DNA from: an uncultured Gemmatimonadales bacterium
Lineage (GTDB): Bacteria > Gemmatimonadota > Gemmatimonadetes > Gemmatimonadales > Gemmatimonadaceae
Reading direction: 5' to 3'
Assembly (NCBI GenBank): GCA_963793305.1
Contig: CAWBZV010000005.1
Span: forward strand, 832,001-896,000
DNA length: 64,000 bases
The notes beneath the pieces are model-generated. The model ran no database searches. It was not told where the DNA came from and saw only the letters and a list, made by a program, of their open reading frames with translations. Positions within the stretch are counted from its first letter, which is position 1. The number at the start of each line of letters is the position of its first letter. Below, piece after piece: positions 19,829-30,039 of this stretch. A program made the position numbers and the translations under genes.

Positions 19829-21070
19829 TCACACAACACGCCACCACGGGACGGCCAGGATCCGCTTCGCGATCCAACTCACCTCCGTCCCGGTGTGGAG
19901 GAGCAGTCCGCCCCGTGCGTCGGGCGCATACTCTTGCATGAACGCCGAGAGGTGCGCGACGTCCTTCGTCGACGGCCGCGTCGTGGCCTTGACCTCGATT
20001 GGAAGCAGGCCACGCTGATGCTCGATAACAAAGTCCACCTCTTCGCCTGACTGCGAACGCCAGTACAGCACGTCGGCTGGCCGCAGTTGTCCTCCGCGCC
20101 ATGCGAGCAGGTCGCAGAGGATCAGATTCTCCAAGTGCGCGCCAGTCGGCGCTTGGTCGCCGGCAAGAAACCGGACCAAGCCGACGTCACTCCAATACAT
20201 CTTCGGCGTCTTGATGAGGCGTTTGGTTCGATTGACCGCGTACGCGGGAACCCGAACGAGCTGGTAGGACGCCTCCAAGACGTTGAGGTACCGATGCACG
20301 GTTGGCTGCGGCAAGCCAACGTCGCGCGCCAGGTCAGTCTGATTGACCAGTCCGCCAATGCGTAGCGCGACCGCCCGCATGAGGCGTCGAAAGTCCGGCA
20401 GATGCTCGATGGACCGGAGGTCAGGGACGTCGCGCTCCAGGTACGTTTTCACGTACCCATCAAACCACGTCGCGCGCTCGGCGGCGGTCCGAAGGAAATG
20501 CGCCGGCCGTGGCAACCCGCCGCGCGCCGCGAGCGCAGTCCACTCTTCCTTTCCGCCGTCATCGGCGCGCACGATGTCGAACCACTCGCGTGGCGTACTC
20601 TCGACCAAATGATCCCAGATGCCGGGGCTTCCCCGGCCCATTTGCTCGCGGCGGGTGAGGGGCCAGATCGTCAGATAGCCCGCTCGTCCGGCGAGGGTGT
20701 CGGCCACGTGACGAACGAGCGCCAGGTTCGCCGAGCCGGTGACCGCGAATTGGCCGGGCTCCCGCTGACCGCCTTCGTCGACTACTCGCTTGATCGCCAA
20801 CAGCACATCCGGGGCCCGCTGCACCTCATCGATCGTCATGCGCGGCGCACGCCGGACGAGATCGTCCGGCGAGTCGCGCGCGGCATTTCGGACATCGATG
20901 TCGTCGAGCGTCACGTACAGCCGATCCGCGGCCACGAATGGCTGACGAACCAGTGTGCTTTTGCCCGTTTGTCGAGCACCAGTCAATACGGCGACCGGCT
21001 GCACGGCGAGCAGTTGCTGGAACGCTACGGCAGAGTATCGTGAGAGTAGTGTGTGTTGCATAGTATACAT
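19829..21070 (-). CDS. AAA+ ATPase (AAA_14) with HTH and DUF4143 PD-(D/E)xK-like domain
   Basis: GARQTGKS, IDEVQ, TGS, LAGR, GGLP, KTPKMYWSD, EVDFV..IEVK. Confidence 0.9.
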   Translation of the reverse strand: MYTMQHTLLSRYSAVAFQQLLAVQPVAVLTGARQTGKSTLVRQPFVAADRLYVTLDDIDVRNAARDSPDDLVRRAPRMTIDEVQRAPDVLLAIKRVVDEGGQREPGQFAVTGSANLALVRHVADTLAGRAGYLTIWPLTRREQMGRGSPGIWDHLVESTPREWFDIVRADDGGKEEWTALAARGGLPRPAHFLRTAAERATWFDGYVKTYLERDVPDLRSIEHLPDFRRLMRAVALRIGGLVNQTDLARDVGLPQPTVHRYLNVLEASYQLVRVPAYAVNRTKRLIKTPKMYWSDVGLVRFLAGDQAPTGAHLENLILCDLLAWRGGQLRPADVLYWRSQSGEEVDFVIEHQRGLLPIEVKATTRPSTKDVAHLSAFMQEYAPDARGGLLLHTGTEVSWIAKRILAVPWWRVV

Positions 21071-21106
21071 TCAGTCGAAGAATGGTAATCATTCAACGTG
21101 TGAATA
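21068..21106. promoter_or_regulatory. Tandem inverted repeats at the AAA+ gene start
   Basis: CATTC-N7-GAATG (21068-21084) and CATTC-N7-GAATA (21090-21106), 22 bp apart. Confidence 0.55.
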
Positions 21107-21218
21107 TATACCGTGAACTCTCGCCCGGTGCGAATCGGTCTGCGGAACATGCTCCCCATTGTGGGAATGCCCTCGCTCGTCCCCGCGACGTATCGTGTAT
21201 GACAAGGAGGTAATCGAG

Positions 21219-22124
21219 ATGCAATCCACCCAGAATATTGCGGTCCTGGGCGTCGGTACGATGGGATCGGCGTTCGCCCGGAGACTCCTCGGTGCGGGAA
21301 TGCGGGTGACCGTGTGGGACGTGTCACACGCCGCGGCCGAGCGGCTTGCGACAGCCGGCGCCCGGGTCGCGGTGACGCCAGAAGACGCCGTGCGCGACGC
21401 CGGTGTCGTGCTCACGATGGTGCCGACGATCGCGTCGATCGAGGAAACGATGCCACGCGTGCTGGCCGCGTTGCCCCCTGGCGCGATATGGTTGCAGATG
21501 AGCACCATCGGTGTCGACGGAACCGAGCGTGCCATGGCGCTCGCTGAGGCGCATCGAAGCGACGTTGTGTTCGTGGATGCGCCCGTGTCCGGATCAAAGA
21601 CCACAGCGGAAGAGGGGAAACTGCTCATTCTCGCATCCGGACCCGCCGCGGCACTCGACGCACTGGCGCCAGTGTTCTCGGTGCTCGGTCAGAAGACGAT
21701 GCGATGGGAGCACGCTGGTTCCGGCTCGAGCATGAAGCTCGTGCTCAACACCTGGCTCGCCGTGCTCGACGAAGGCATCGCCGAGGTGGCCGTGCTCGCC
21801 CAATCGCTCGACGTGTCCTTGAGCGATGTCTCGGCGTGCATCGGATCCACCGCGCTCGATGCACCATGGGCACTCGCGAAGTTGGACAAGATCGAACGCG
21901 AAGCCTTCGATCCCGACTTCTCACTCGCACTGGCCTCGAAGGATCTGCACCTCGCCCTCGACGCCGCGAACCGCTCGCACCGGCGGCTCCCGATGACGCA
22001 ATCGATCGCGACACAGTGGGAAAGCGCCCTGCAATCGGGCTTGGGCGATCGCGATGTGAGCGGCGCGTATCTGGCGCTCACAACTCCGGCGGTCACTCCT
22101 CCGGTGCCCCGGCCGCCCGGCTGA
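21219..22124 (+). CDS. Beta-hydroxyacid dehydrogenase (3-hydroxyisobutyrate dehydrogenase family)
   Basis: GVGTMG, DAPVSGS, KLVLN, KDL; AAGGAGG RBS. Confidence 0.88.
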   Translation: MQSTQNIAVLGVGTMGSAFARRLLGAGMRVTVWDVSHAAAERLATAGARVAVTPEDAVRDAGVVLTMVPTIASIEETMPRVLAALPPGAIWLQMSTIGVDGTERAMALAEAHRSDVVFVDAPVSGSKTTAEEGKLLILASGPAAALDALAPVFSVLGQKTMRWEHAGSGSSMKLVLNTWLAVLDEGIAEVAVLAQSLDVSLSDVSACIGSTALDAPWALAKLDKIEREAFDPDFSLALASKDLHLALDAANRSHRRLPMTQSIATQWESALQSGLGDRDVSGAYLALTTPAVTPPVPRPPG

Positions 22125-22939
22125 CCTGGCGCACCGGATCGGGAATCGTCGACGGCAACACGTAGGTGAGCGGGTCGACGATCGTGCCGTTCACGTGCAC
22201 CTCATAGTGCAAGTGCGGACCGGTCGCGAGCCCCGAATTGCCGACTTCGGCGACCGGTTGGCCGCGCACAACCGGTTGCCCGATGCGTACGAGGAAGCGC
22301 GACAGGTGGCCGTACTTGGTCACGATGCCGTTCCCGTGGTCGATCTCGAGCACCAGTTCCGTACCCGCTGGCCGTTCCGACGCGGATCACCGTACCGGCA
22401 GCCGGTGCCACGACCGTCGTCCCATAGGGCGCGGCGACATCGATGCCCAAGTGCGGCAGATACTTGTGCAGAATGGGATGAAACCGGCTCAGCGAGAACT
22501 GACTCGTCAGCCATCCGGCCGTCGGCATGATCGATGGGGTACGCGCCACCCTGTCCGCATCAGCGTGCAGCTTCGCGGCGACCCGGTCGAGGTTGACCGA
22601 CAGTTCGTCAGCGCGATGGATCAAGAGCTCGACGGAACCGCCGGTGTCCGTCGGCGGCGCGAGAGCCGTATCGAGCCCGGCGACAATTCGGAGCGCGGTC
22701 GTCTGTCGATCGAGTGAGGCGACCGAGTCGCGCAGCAGCGTGATCGCCGTCGCGGGGAGAACCTGAACCTGTCGTCGTCCATGCGCCATGCCGATCGTCA
22801 CCGCGAGGCCAAGGACACCGGCGAGTCCCACGCCGACGAGCCAACTCGATCCGGCGATCAGGCGCGACGACACGCGAAGCGTGCGCGGCGCAGCCGTGTC
22901 CTCACCGACAATTACCACCGTCCATCGCCGCGTGCGCAT
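22093..22939 (-). CDS. M23 family metallopeptidase (one +1 frameshift near 22357)
   Basis: RFHPI..HLGID, then TKYGHLS and GNSGLATGPHLHYEV in the adjacent frame. Confidence 0.85.
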
Positions 22940-23017
22940 ATATTGGGCGACGACTGGAACGGAGCGCTGTCACCGTACACCGTTCGTCGTCGATTTCCGG
23001 CAGTTCATCGCGTCCTA

Positions 23018-23834
23018 ATGCCAATTCCTTATCCGCGCATCCCGCCCGACATCATCCACGTGGGCCCGTTCCGCCTCCGGTGGTACGGCGTCATGTACTT
23101 CGTCGGGTACGTCGTCGGAGTCGTATTGGCGCGCCGCCGCATTCGATCGTGGCCGGTCACTGCTCACCCGGGAGCAGATCGACCAGCTGATCACGTATGT
23201 CGTGATCGGGATGCTGATCGGCGCGCGGCTCGTGTACGAGTTCGTCTATAGCCGCACCGATCTCGCGCATGACCCGATCGAGATCGTCCGTGTCTGGAAC
23301 GGCGGCTTGTCGTTTCACGGCGCGATCCTCGGTATGGCGCTCGCCAGCGGCCTCTTCGCCCGACGCGCCAAAGTGCCGTGGCTCGGAGTCACGGATACGA
23401 TCGCGGTGTGCGGTGCGCCGGGACTGTTCTTCGGACGCATCGGCAACTTCATCAATGCGGAGCTGTACGGGCGTCCGAGTGCCGTACCGTGGGCGATGAT
23501 CTTTCCCACCGACCCGACGCATCTGCCGCGTCATCCCTCGCAGCTCTACGAGGCGGTCGGTGAAGGCATCATCGTCGCCGCGATCGTGTGGTGGGTCGAT
23601 GCCCGGAGCCATGCGCGGGGATGGTACCGTCCCGGGACGCTCACCGCGACGTTCTTGATGTCATACGGCGTGGTCCGGTTCGGTCTCGAGTTCACCCGGC
23701 AGCCGGATGCACAGCTCGGATTCGTGCTCGGAAGTTTAAGCATGGGACAGCTCCTCTGTCTCGCGATGATCATGCTCGGCGCGGCCGTGGCCATCGCGAC
23801 GGGCCGTCGTCGTGGAGAGCCGTTCGTGGGCTGA
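23018..23834 (+). CDS. lgt: Prolipoprotein diacylglyceryl transferase (one +1 frameshift near 23143)
   Basis: RWYGVMY, GGLSFHG, GRIGNFINAELYGR, RHPSQLYE, EFTRQPD. Confidence 0.92.
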
Positions 23835-23892
23835 TCGAGACCGTTCGTCGTAATTCGATGGACGCCCGCCGCCGCCGCCCCGAGTATGAGGC

Positions 23893-24801
23893 ATGGTGCG
23901 GCGGGATGCGTGGATGGTCGGTGCGCTGCTCGCGCTTGCCGCGGGCGTGATCGCGCTCCTCGAGCACGCGCGGGAGAGGACACACACGGTCTATCACGGT
24001 CGATCGTTGGCGGAGTGGCTCCTCGCCATCGGCGACCGCCAAGCGGGCGTGCGTGACACGGCAGCATATGCGTTGACGCGACTCGTCCCTGCGTTCCCGG
24101 CGGCGTTGCCATCGGTAATCAGAGCCGAGGCAGACCTCCTCGGCGACGCGGACGAGGAGGTGCAGGCGGAAGCGACCGCGGCGCTCATCGCCGTCGGCCC
24201 CGGCTCTGACACCACCGTGCCGACCATGATCGGGGTGCTCGCCCGCGATCCGAACGCCTCCGCCCGCGTGCACGCCGCGCAGGTCCTCGGCGCGCTTGGC
24301 CAGCTCTCCCGTGCGGCCATCCCGACCGTCATTGGCGCGCTCTCCGATTCGAATGCCTCCGTGCGGCTGGTGGCGGTGAATGCGCTCGGTCGGATTGGTC
24401 TGCCCGTTGACCAACTCCGCATCGTTGCCCGGGTCTCCACCGACCGCGACCCCGCCGTGCGCGCGGCCGCGGTCGAGGCCTTGATCGCGCTGCATGCACC
24501 AGCGGAGACGCTGCGCGCGATCGGCGAGCGCGCCGCTCAGGATCCGGACGCGGTCGTCCGAGTCGAGGCCGCGTATGCCCTGGCGAGCAGCGGCAGCCCC
24601 GCGCGCGTCGTTCCGCGCCTGGTCGCGGCATTGGACGACGCCGATCCCTCGGTGCGTACAGCGGCAGCGACCGTGCTCGGGCGTCTCGGGCCCGAGGCCA
24701 GCAGCGCGATGGTTGCGCTCCAGCGCGCCGCGACCGACAGCGATCGCGAGGTGCGCGCCGTTGCGACACAGTCCTTGCGCGCGGTGCGTCGGACGCCATG
24801 A
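23893..24801 (+). CDS. HEAT/PBS-lyase repeat protein
   Basis: Repeated D....VR..AA.ALG units after an N-terminal hydrophobic segment. Confidence 0.8.
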   Translation: MVRRDAWMVGALLALAAGVIALLEHARERTHTVYHGRSLAEWLLAIGDRQAGVRDTAAYALTRLVPAFPAALPSVIRAEADLLGDADEEVQAEATAALIAVGPGSDTTVPTMIGVLARDPNASARVHAAQVLGALGQLSRAAIPTVIGALSDSNASVRLVAVNALGRIGLPVDQLRIVARVSTDRDPAVRAAAVEALIALHAPAETLRAIGERAAQDPDAVVRVEAAYALASSGSPARVVPRLVAALDDADPSVRTAAATVLGRLGPEASSAMVALQRAATDSDREVRAVATQSLRAVRRTP

Positions 24802-25580
24802 CCAGCGACACACTCACGGTTGTCGTCGCCGACGACGAGCGCCCGGCGCGCGCGTTTCTCGCGGCCACCGTGCGCACGATCGCCGAGGCGGAGCTCGTGG
24901 GCGAGGCGTCGGGTGGTGCGGAAGCGGTCGCGCTCATCGAGCGTGTCCGGCCGGACCTGGCACTCCTCGACCTCCACATGCCGGAGATCGACGGGCTGGC
25001 GGTGGTCCGTCTTGTGAGACCCGACTGCTTGCCGCTCATCGCGTTCGTCACCGCCTACGACGAGTACGCCGTGCGGGCATTCGAGTTGAACGCCATTGAC
25101 TATCTGCTCAAGCCGGTGGAGCCGGAACGCATTCGCCAGACAATCGTGCGAGCGCGCGAGCAGCTGGCCATGCACCTCACCGGGCGCGAGGCGGATCGGG
25201 TGCAGGCCGCGGCGGGAGCGGTCGAGCGGACCGCACCGGAGCAGTATCTCCTCCGGATCCCCGTTCGGTACCATGACGACATCATCCTGCTGCCCGTGGA
25301 ACGGATCATCGCCATCGAATCCGATCGCGACATCGTGTACCTGTCCAGCACGGCGGGCGATCAACACACGCTGCGCTACCCACTCAAGGATCTCGAGGCG
25401 CGGCTCGACCCGCGGCAATTCATCCGCGTATCGCGCAGCGCATTGGTGCGCGTCGACGCGGTACGTCGCGCCAGTCCGTTGCCGAACGGGTCGTACATGC
25501 TGGTGCTGACGAACAACCAACAGGTCCAACTGAGTCGCGCGCGCGCGCAGGTGCTGCGCGATGTGCTGTTTCGGATCTGA
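24798..25580 (+). CDS. LytTR family response regulator
   Basis: ADDE, LLDLHMP, FVTAYDEYAVRAFE..DYLLKP, FIRVSRS; ATGA overlap with the HEAT gene. Confidence 0.9.
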   Translation: MTSDTLTVVVADDERPARAFLAATVRTIAEAELVGEASGGAEAVALIERVRPDLALLDLHMPEIDGLAVVRLVRPDCLPLIAFVTAYDEYAVRAFELNAIDYLLKPVEPERIRQTIVRAREQLAMHLTGREADRVQAAAGAVERTAPEQYLLRIPVRYHDDIILLPVERIIAIESDRDIVYLSSTAGDQHTLRYPLKDLEARLDPRQFIRVSRSALVRVDAVRRASPLPNGSYMLVLTNNQQVQLSRARAQVLRDVLFRI

Positions 25581-25700
25581 GTTTCGTCCGTTGATCTCGG
25601 CCATTCGTGGGCTCGAAACGACGGATCGTACGATAGTGATAGCGCTAACCGCCGTACCGCCGGACACTTCCCGCCGTCGCTCTCTCTTGGAGATAGTTGC

Positions 25701-28079
25701 ATGGTCGCGCGTATCGCCCTCCTCGTTGCCGTTCTCGCCAGTCCCGCTGCCGGTGCGACACCCGCCAACGGCGACGTGTCCGGCACTGTGACCGACAGCT
25801 TATCCGGCAACCCGCTGCAGGGGGTTGAGGTTGTCGTGGAGAAGGGCACCGCGGTCGTCGCGCTGACGAACACCGATCCGTTCGGTCGATACCGGCTGCA
25901 CAACATTGCCACCGGCGACTACACGATCATTGCCCGCTTCATTGGCTACCAACAGCAGACGAAGCCGTTGACCATCTCCGGCGACCAGACCGCGGACTTC
26001 CACATGGTTGTCGCCCCGGCCTCACTCCAGCAGGTGGCCGTGACAGCCCAGGCGCCGGTATCGGTCGATACCCGAAGCGGCGATCAGACGTTCAACCAGA
26101 ACGACTCGCACTACACCCCGACGACCACGACGTCGCAGGTCGTGCAGCAGGCCATCGCGGGAGCCGCGCGCGCGCCGACCGGCGAAGTCCACATTCGCGG
26201 CCAGCACGCCGAGTACACCTACTATGTGGACGGAGTACCGGTGACGTCGGGCGTGTCCGGCAGCTTGAACGAGTTGTTCGATCCAGCCGTGGTGCAGCGC
26301 ATCGACTTCATCACCGGCGGCTGGGACGCGGCGTACGGCGAGAAGAGCGCCGCGATCATAAATATCCAAACCCGAGTCCCCACCGGCGCGTTCCACGCGG
26401 ATGAGGCGACCTATTTCGGGTCGTACAACTCGCTCGGACAGTCGCTCAGCATGAGCTCGAACCAAGGAAAATTCGCTTGGTTTGCCTCCGGTACGGCGCA
26501 GGGCACGGATATGCGGCGCGAGCCGGTCGAGGGCACCCCGAACAACGTGCCGATCAACTTCAGCAACCACGGGGACGACTACTTCGGGTTCACGAAGTTC
26601 CAGTATCTAGCGACCGACCGCGACATCATTACGCTCGACGGCAACTACTCGATGTCCTTCTTCCAGATCCCGTACGACTCGGCGCTCGGGACGGTCTTGC
26701 ACGACCACGAGACGGACGTCAACGACTTCATCAATCTCGCGTACCGGCACCGGTTCGGTGATAACACGACCACGACCGAGCGCGGCATGCCGAACGAGTT
26801 GTTCGTCGGAGGCTTCTTCCGGAACGGCGGCCTGCAATATCGGCCGGGCTCAACCGACGTCCCCACGTATGTCGACGCCGAGGATCCGACGCTGACGCCG
26901 CGAAACGTGTTCGAGGACCGGAAGTTCAGCGTCATCGGCCTCAAGACCGACTTTGGGTTCCCGATCGCTCCAGGCATAGTCGATGGCCAGGTCGGTATCC
27001 TCACCTCTCGCACGTTCGGTCATGAGAACTTCCAATTGACCGACCCGACCGGGAAAGAGGGCAACATTGGAGCGAACTCCGGGTTGTCGGGCGACGATTT
27101 CGCCGCCTATGTGGAGACCTCGATCCGCCCGGCCGAGTGGTTCGAGCTGCGCACGGGCGTGCGGTTCAACAGCCACGTCGCGCCGTTCGCCGGCAATCAG
27201 GAGCAGTGGAGCCCGCGCATCCGCCTCAACTTCTTCCCCGATCCATCGAACACCGTCTTCGCGTACTTCGGGCGGCTTTTTCTTCCGACGAACATCGAGG
27301 ATCTGCGGTCGATCACGCTGTCGGACACTGGTGCTGGAAACGTCAAGGCGAGCGCGACGCTGCCCGAGCGCGACGCGTTCTACGAGGTAGCCTGGATCCA
27401 CCGGTTCCCGCTCGGGTTCGTCACGAAGCTCGACGGCTACTGGAAGGACTCGAAGCCTGGCATCGACGACAATACGATCCCGGGATCGGCGATCACGACC
27501 GATGTGAACCAGGGTGACTCGCACGTCCGCGGCATCGAGGCGGTCGTCACTGCGGTCCCGCCGGGCTCTCCGCTCTCAGGGTACGTCAACTTCGCCCTCA
27601 ATCACGGCTACGCAAACCCGCCGGTCACCGGCGGTTTCTTCCAACTCGCGCAACCGAACACGACGTTCGACTTCGACCACGACCAGCGCGTCTCAGTCGT
27701 GGCCAATCTGCTGTACACGATCGGACGAGCGTACGTGAGTACGACGGGCATCTACGGCTCCGGCCTCACGAATTCGTTCAGTCCCGATACCACGGTCAAG
27801 ACGACGATAGGAAAGCCGGGCCAGCCGAACTACGTGCCCGGCTCTAACCTCTACTGTAACGGGCTCCTGTGCTTCAACTCGGCGTTCAAGGTGCCGCCGA
27901 GCTACATTCAGCAATGGGATCTGGGGTATCAGTTCCAGTTCGGGCGGACGACCGTGCGGCCGGACTTCTTCGTCGACAACGCCTGGGACAACCACTACGC
28001 GCTCAAGGGCGCGTTCTATAGTGGCCCATTGATCGGCCGTCCCCGCACGTTCACCGGCCGGGTCAGCATTGGGATCTAG
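25701..28079 (+). CDS. TonB-dependent receptor with N-terminal carboxypeptidase regulatory-like domain
   Basis: Signal peptide; GTVTDS..G.PL.G domain; plug HIRG..YYVDGVP..GGWDAAYG; C-terminal PRTFTGRVSIGI strand. Confidence 0.88.
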   Translation: MVARIALLVAVLASPAAGATPANGDVSGTVTDSLSGNPLQGVEVVVEKGTAVVALTNTDPFGRYRLHNIATGDYTIIARFIGYQQQTKPLTISGDQTADFHMVVAPASLQQVAVTAQAPVSVDTRSGDQTFNQNDSHYTPTTTTSQVVQQAIAGAARAPTGEVHIRGQHAEYTYYVDGVPVTSGVSGSLNELFDPAVVQRIDFITGGWDAAYGEKSAAIINIQTRVPTGAFHADEATYFGSYNSLGQSLSMSSNQGKFAWFASGTAQGTDMRREPVEGTPNNVPINFSNHGDDYFGFTKFQYLATDRDIITLDGNYSMSFFQIPYDSALGTVLHDHETDVNDFINLAYRHRFGDNTTTTERGMPNELFVGGFFRNGGLQYRPGSTDVPTYVDAEDPTLTPRNVFEDRKFSVIGLKTDFGFPIAPGIVDGQVGILTSRTFGHENFQLTDPTGKEGNIGANSGLSGDDFAAYVETSIRPAEWFELRTGVRFNSHVAPFAGNQEQWSPRIRLNFFPDPSNTVFAYFGRLFLPTNIEDLRSITLSDTGAGNVKASATLPERDAFYEVAWIHRFPLGFVTKLDGYWKDSKPGIDDNTIPGSAITTDVNQGDSHVRGIEAVVTAVPPGSPLSGYVNFALNHGYANPPVTGGFFQLAQPNTTFDFDHDQRVSVVANLLYTIGRAYVSTTGIYGSGLTNSFSPDTTVKTTIGKPGQPNYVPGSNLYCNGLLCFNSAFKVPPSYIQQWDLGYQFQFGRTTVRPDFFVDNAWDNHYALKGAFYSGPLIGRPRTFTGRVSIGI

Positions 28080-28098
28080 GCGTCGCCCGATCGGCGGC

Positions 28099-28401
28099 AT
28101 GCTCGCCAGCCTCATGTTGGCGTTCGTGCTTGCCGTTCAGAGTGGCATCGTGTGTCCGGACCGGACGCACCATCACGGCGAGTCCATGGCGATGCACCAT
28201 CATACGCCACGAGCGCCAGTCGAAACGGCGCATATCCCGCTCTGCTGTTGGGCATTGGCCAACTGTACGTCGCCGGCAGCGCCGGCCCCGCGCGGTGCGG
28301 TGTACCCTGATGCATTGCGCACGCGAGAGACGCCAGTCTTCGCAGTAGTGGCGCCGCGCCCGCTCGCGTTCGCGCCCGAAACACCGCCTCCGAGAGTCTA
28401 G
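28099..28401 (+). CDS. Small Cys/His/Met-rich protein ending in PPPR (DUF2946-like)
   Basis: Hydrophobic N-terminus, CPDRTHHHGESMAMHHH, CC....C, C-terminal APETPPPRV. Confidence 0.6.
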   Translation: MLASLMLAFVLAVQSGIVCPDRTHHHGESMAMHHHTPRAPVETAHIPLCCWALANCTSPAAPAPRGAVYPDALRTRETPVFAVVAPRPLAFAPETPPPRV

Positions 28402-28488
28402 CACCCACCCCTCGTGGCCCATCCGCTCCGGCACAACGGCCGGCGTGGCGTGTGGCCATTTCAGGCGTGACTCTTGAGACTCCACTCA

Positions 28489-29775
28489 ATGCGATGGGTT
28501 TTATGCGCGCTGTTCGTTGCCGCGCCGCTCGTAGCGCAGGATACGACGTTGGCGCACCACATGATGATGATGCAACCGGGCCCGCTTGGGCTCCCGATGA
28601 ACCGCATGGGATCGGGAACCTCGTGGCTTCCGGACGAGACGCCGATGCACGCCGAGCACGTAATGGCCGGCGGCTGGCAGTTCATGCTGCACTACATGGC
28701 GTTCGCGACCTATGACCACCAGGAAAGCGCCCGCAACATCGACGGCGCAACCCAATTCAATGGGATCGACTGGTTCATGGGCATGGCGCAGCACGACGTG
28801 GGCGCCGGCCGTCTCGCCCTGCGCGCGATGCTCAGCACCGACCCGTTCACGGTGGGGAAGGCGGGCTATCCCTTGCTCTTGCAGACCGGTGAGTCGTATC
28901 GGGGCGAGCCGCTGCACGACCGACAGCATCCGCACGATCTGTTCATGGAGCTGGCAACAGTGTACGACGTGCCGGTGACGTCCAACTTGGGGCTAGAGCT
29001 CTACGCCGCGCCGGCAGGCGAGCCCGCGCTCGGCCCGGTCGCCTATCCGCATCGTCCGTCGGCCGCGGGCGATCCGTATGCGCTGCTGGGGCATCACTGG
29101 CAGGATGCAACGCATATCTCGTTCGGCGTGCTCACGGCGGGCGTGTTCACGCACGAGGTCAAGGTCGAAGGATCGATCTTTAACGGCCGCGAACCGGATG
29201 AGACGCGCACGAATTTCGACTTTCGGACGCTCGACTCGTACTCGGGGCGAGTCACGATCAACCCGGCGCCGGCGTGGAGCGTCAGCGCGTCGTACGGCTA
29301 CCTCAAGAGTCCGGAGCAGCTGACGCCGAACATCGCGCAGCACCGGATGGGTGCGTCAGTACTGTTCGACCAGCCGTTCAACGGCAAAGGCGAGTGGTCG
29401 ACGGCCCTCGTCTACGGCGCGAACCTCTATTCAGACAGCCCGCAGTTGTCGAATAGCGTCGATCTCGAGACGACACTCGACCTGGACGGCACCAACTCCA
29501 TCTTCTGGCGAACCGAGTACGTAAACAAAGACGCGTACGACCTGGCGCTCGGCGCGGCGCCGCCGGCGGACCGGTTCGACGTGGGCTCGGGGACGATTGG
29601 GTATACTCGCGAGCTCATGCACGCGGCGGGCATCGCGATCGCGTTGGGGGGTGTGGCGACGGTCGATCTGATCCCAGCCGGTCTTCGGCCGTTCTACGGA
29701 ACCCGCACGCCGTACGGGTTCGGGGTGTTCCTCCGATTCCGCCCAGCCGATCGCCATTCGCTGATGCACATGTGA
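28489..29775 (+). CDS. Met/His-rich putative outer-membrane protein (possible copper handling)
   Basis: Signal peptide; HHMMMMQ, GSGTSWLP, DRQHPHDLFMEL, HHWQDATH; amphipathic strands; ends in HSLMHM. Confidence 0.65.
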   Translation: MRWVLCALFVAAPLVAQDTTLAHHMMMMQPGPLGLPMNRMGSGTSWLPDETPMHAEHVMAGGWQFMLHYMAFATYDHQESARNIDGATQFNGIDWFMGMAQHDVGAGRLALRAMLSTDPFTVGKAGYPLLLQTGESYRGEPLHDRQHPHDLFMELATVYDVPVTSNLGLELYAAPAGEPALGPVAYPHRPSAAGDPYALLGHHWQDATHISFGVLTAGVFTHEVKVEGSIFNGREPDETRTNFDFRTLDSYSGRVTINPAPAWSVSASYGYLKSPEQLTPNIAQHRMGASVLFDQPFNGKGEWSTALVYGANLYSDSPQLSNSVDLETTLDLDGTNSIFWRTEYVNKDAYDLALGAAPPADRFDVGSGTIGYTRELMHAAGIAIALGGVATVDLIPAGLRPFYGTRTPYGFGVFLRFRPADRHSLMHM

Positions 29776-29817
29776 GAGTTGCGAACGCCTCGACAGGATG
29801 CGAACGTAGACGTCACC

Positions 29818-30039
29818 ATGGCAAACGACTCACGCAGGCTGAGACCCGACATGAGCATCGCGGAGCTCGACGACCGCATCGCGAGCGTGACGGATGACCT
29901 CCGCGAACTATCCGAGCAAGCGGCCGCGTACTCTGGCGCGGCCGACGAGGAGCTCGCAGCGGACCGGATCGCCGAGCGCGAAGCCGAGCTGGAGCGTCTG
30001 ACTAAACAGCGCGATGAGCTCGCTCGCCGGCAGTCGTGA
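29818..30039 (+). CDS. Small coiled-coil hypothetical protein
   Basis: Helical acidic sequence (ELSEQAAAYSGAADEE); overlaps the next gene start. Confidence 0.55.
   Translation: MANDSRRLRPDMSIAELDDRIASVTDDLRELSEQAAAYSGAADEELAADRIAEREAELERLTKQRDELARRQS

Noticed and set aside
25581..25700. Riboswitch (e.g. cobalamin) upstream of the TonB receptor
   Set aside because: Only about 120 nt and no recognisable conserved riboswitch boxes; an Rfam scan would be needed to exclude it fully.
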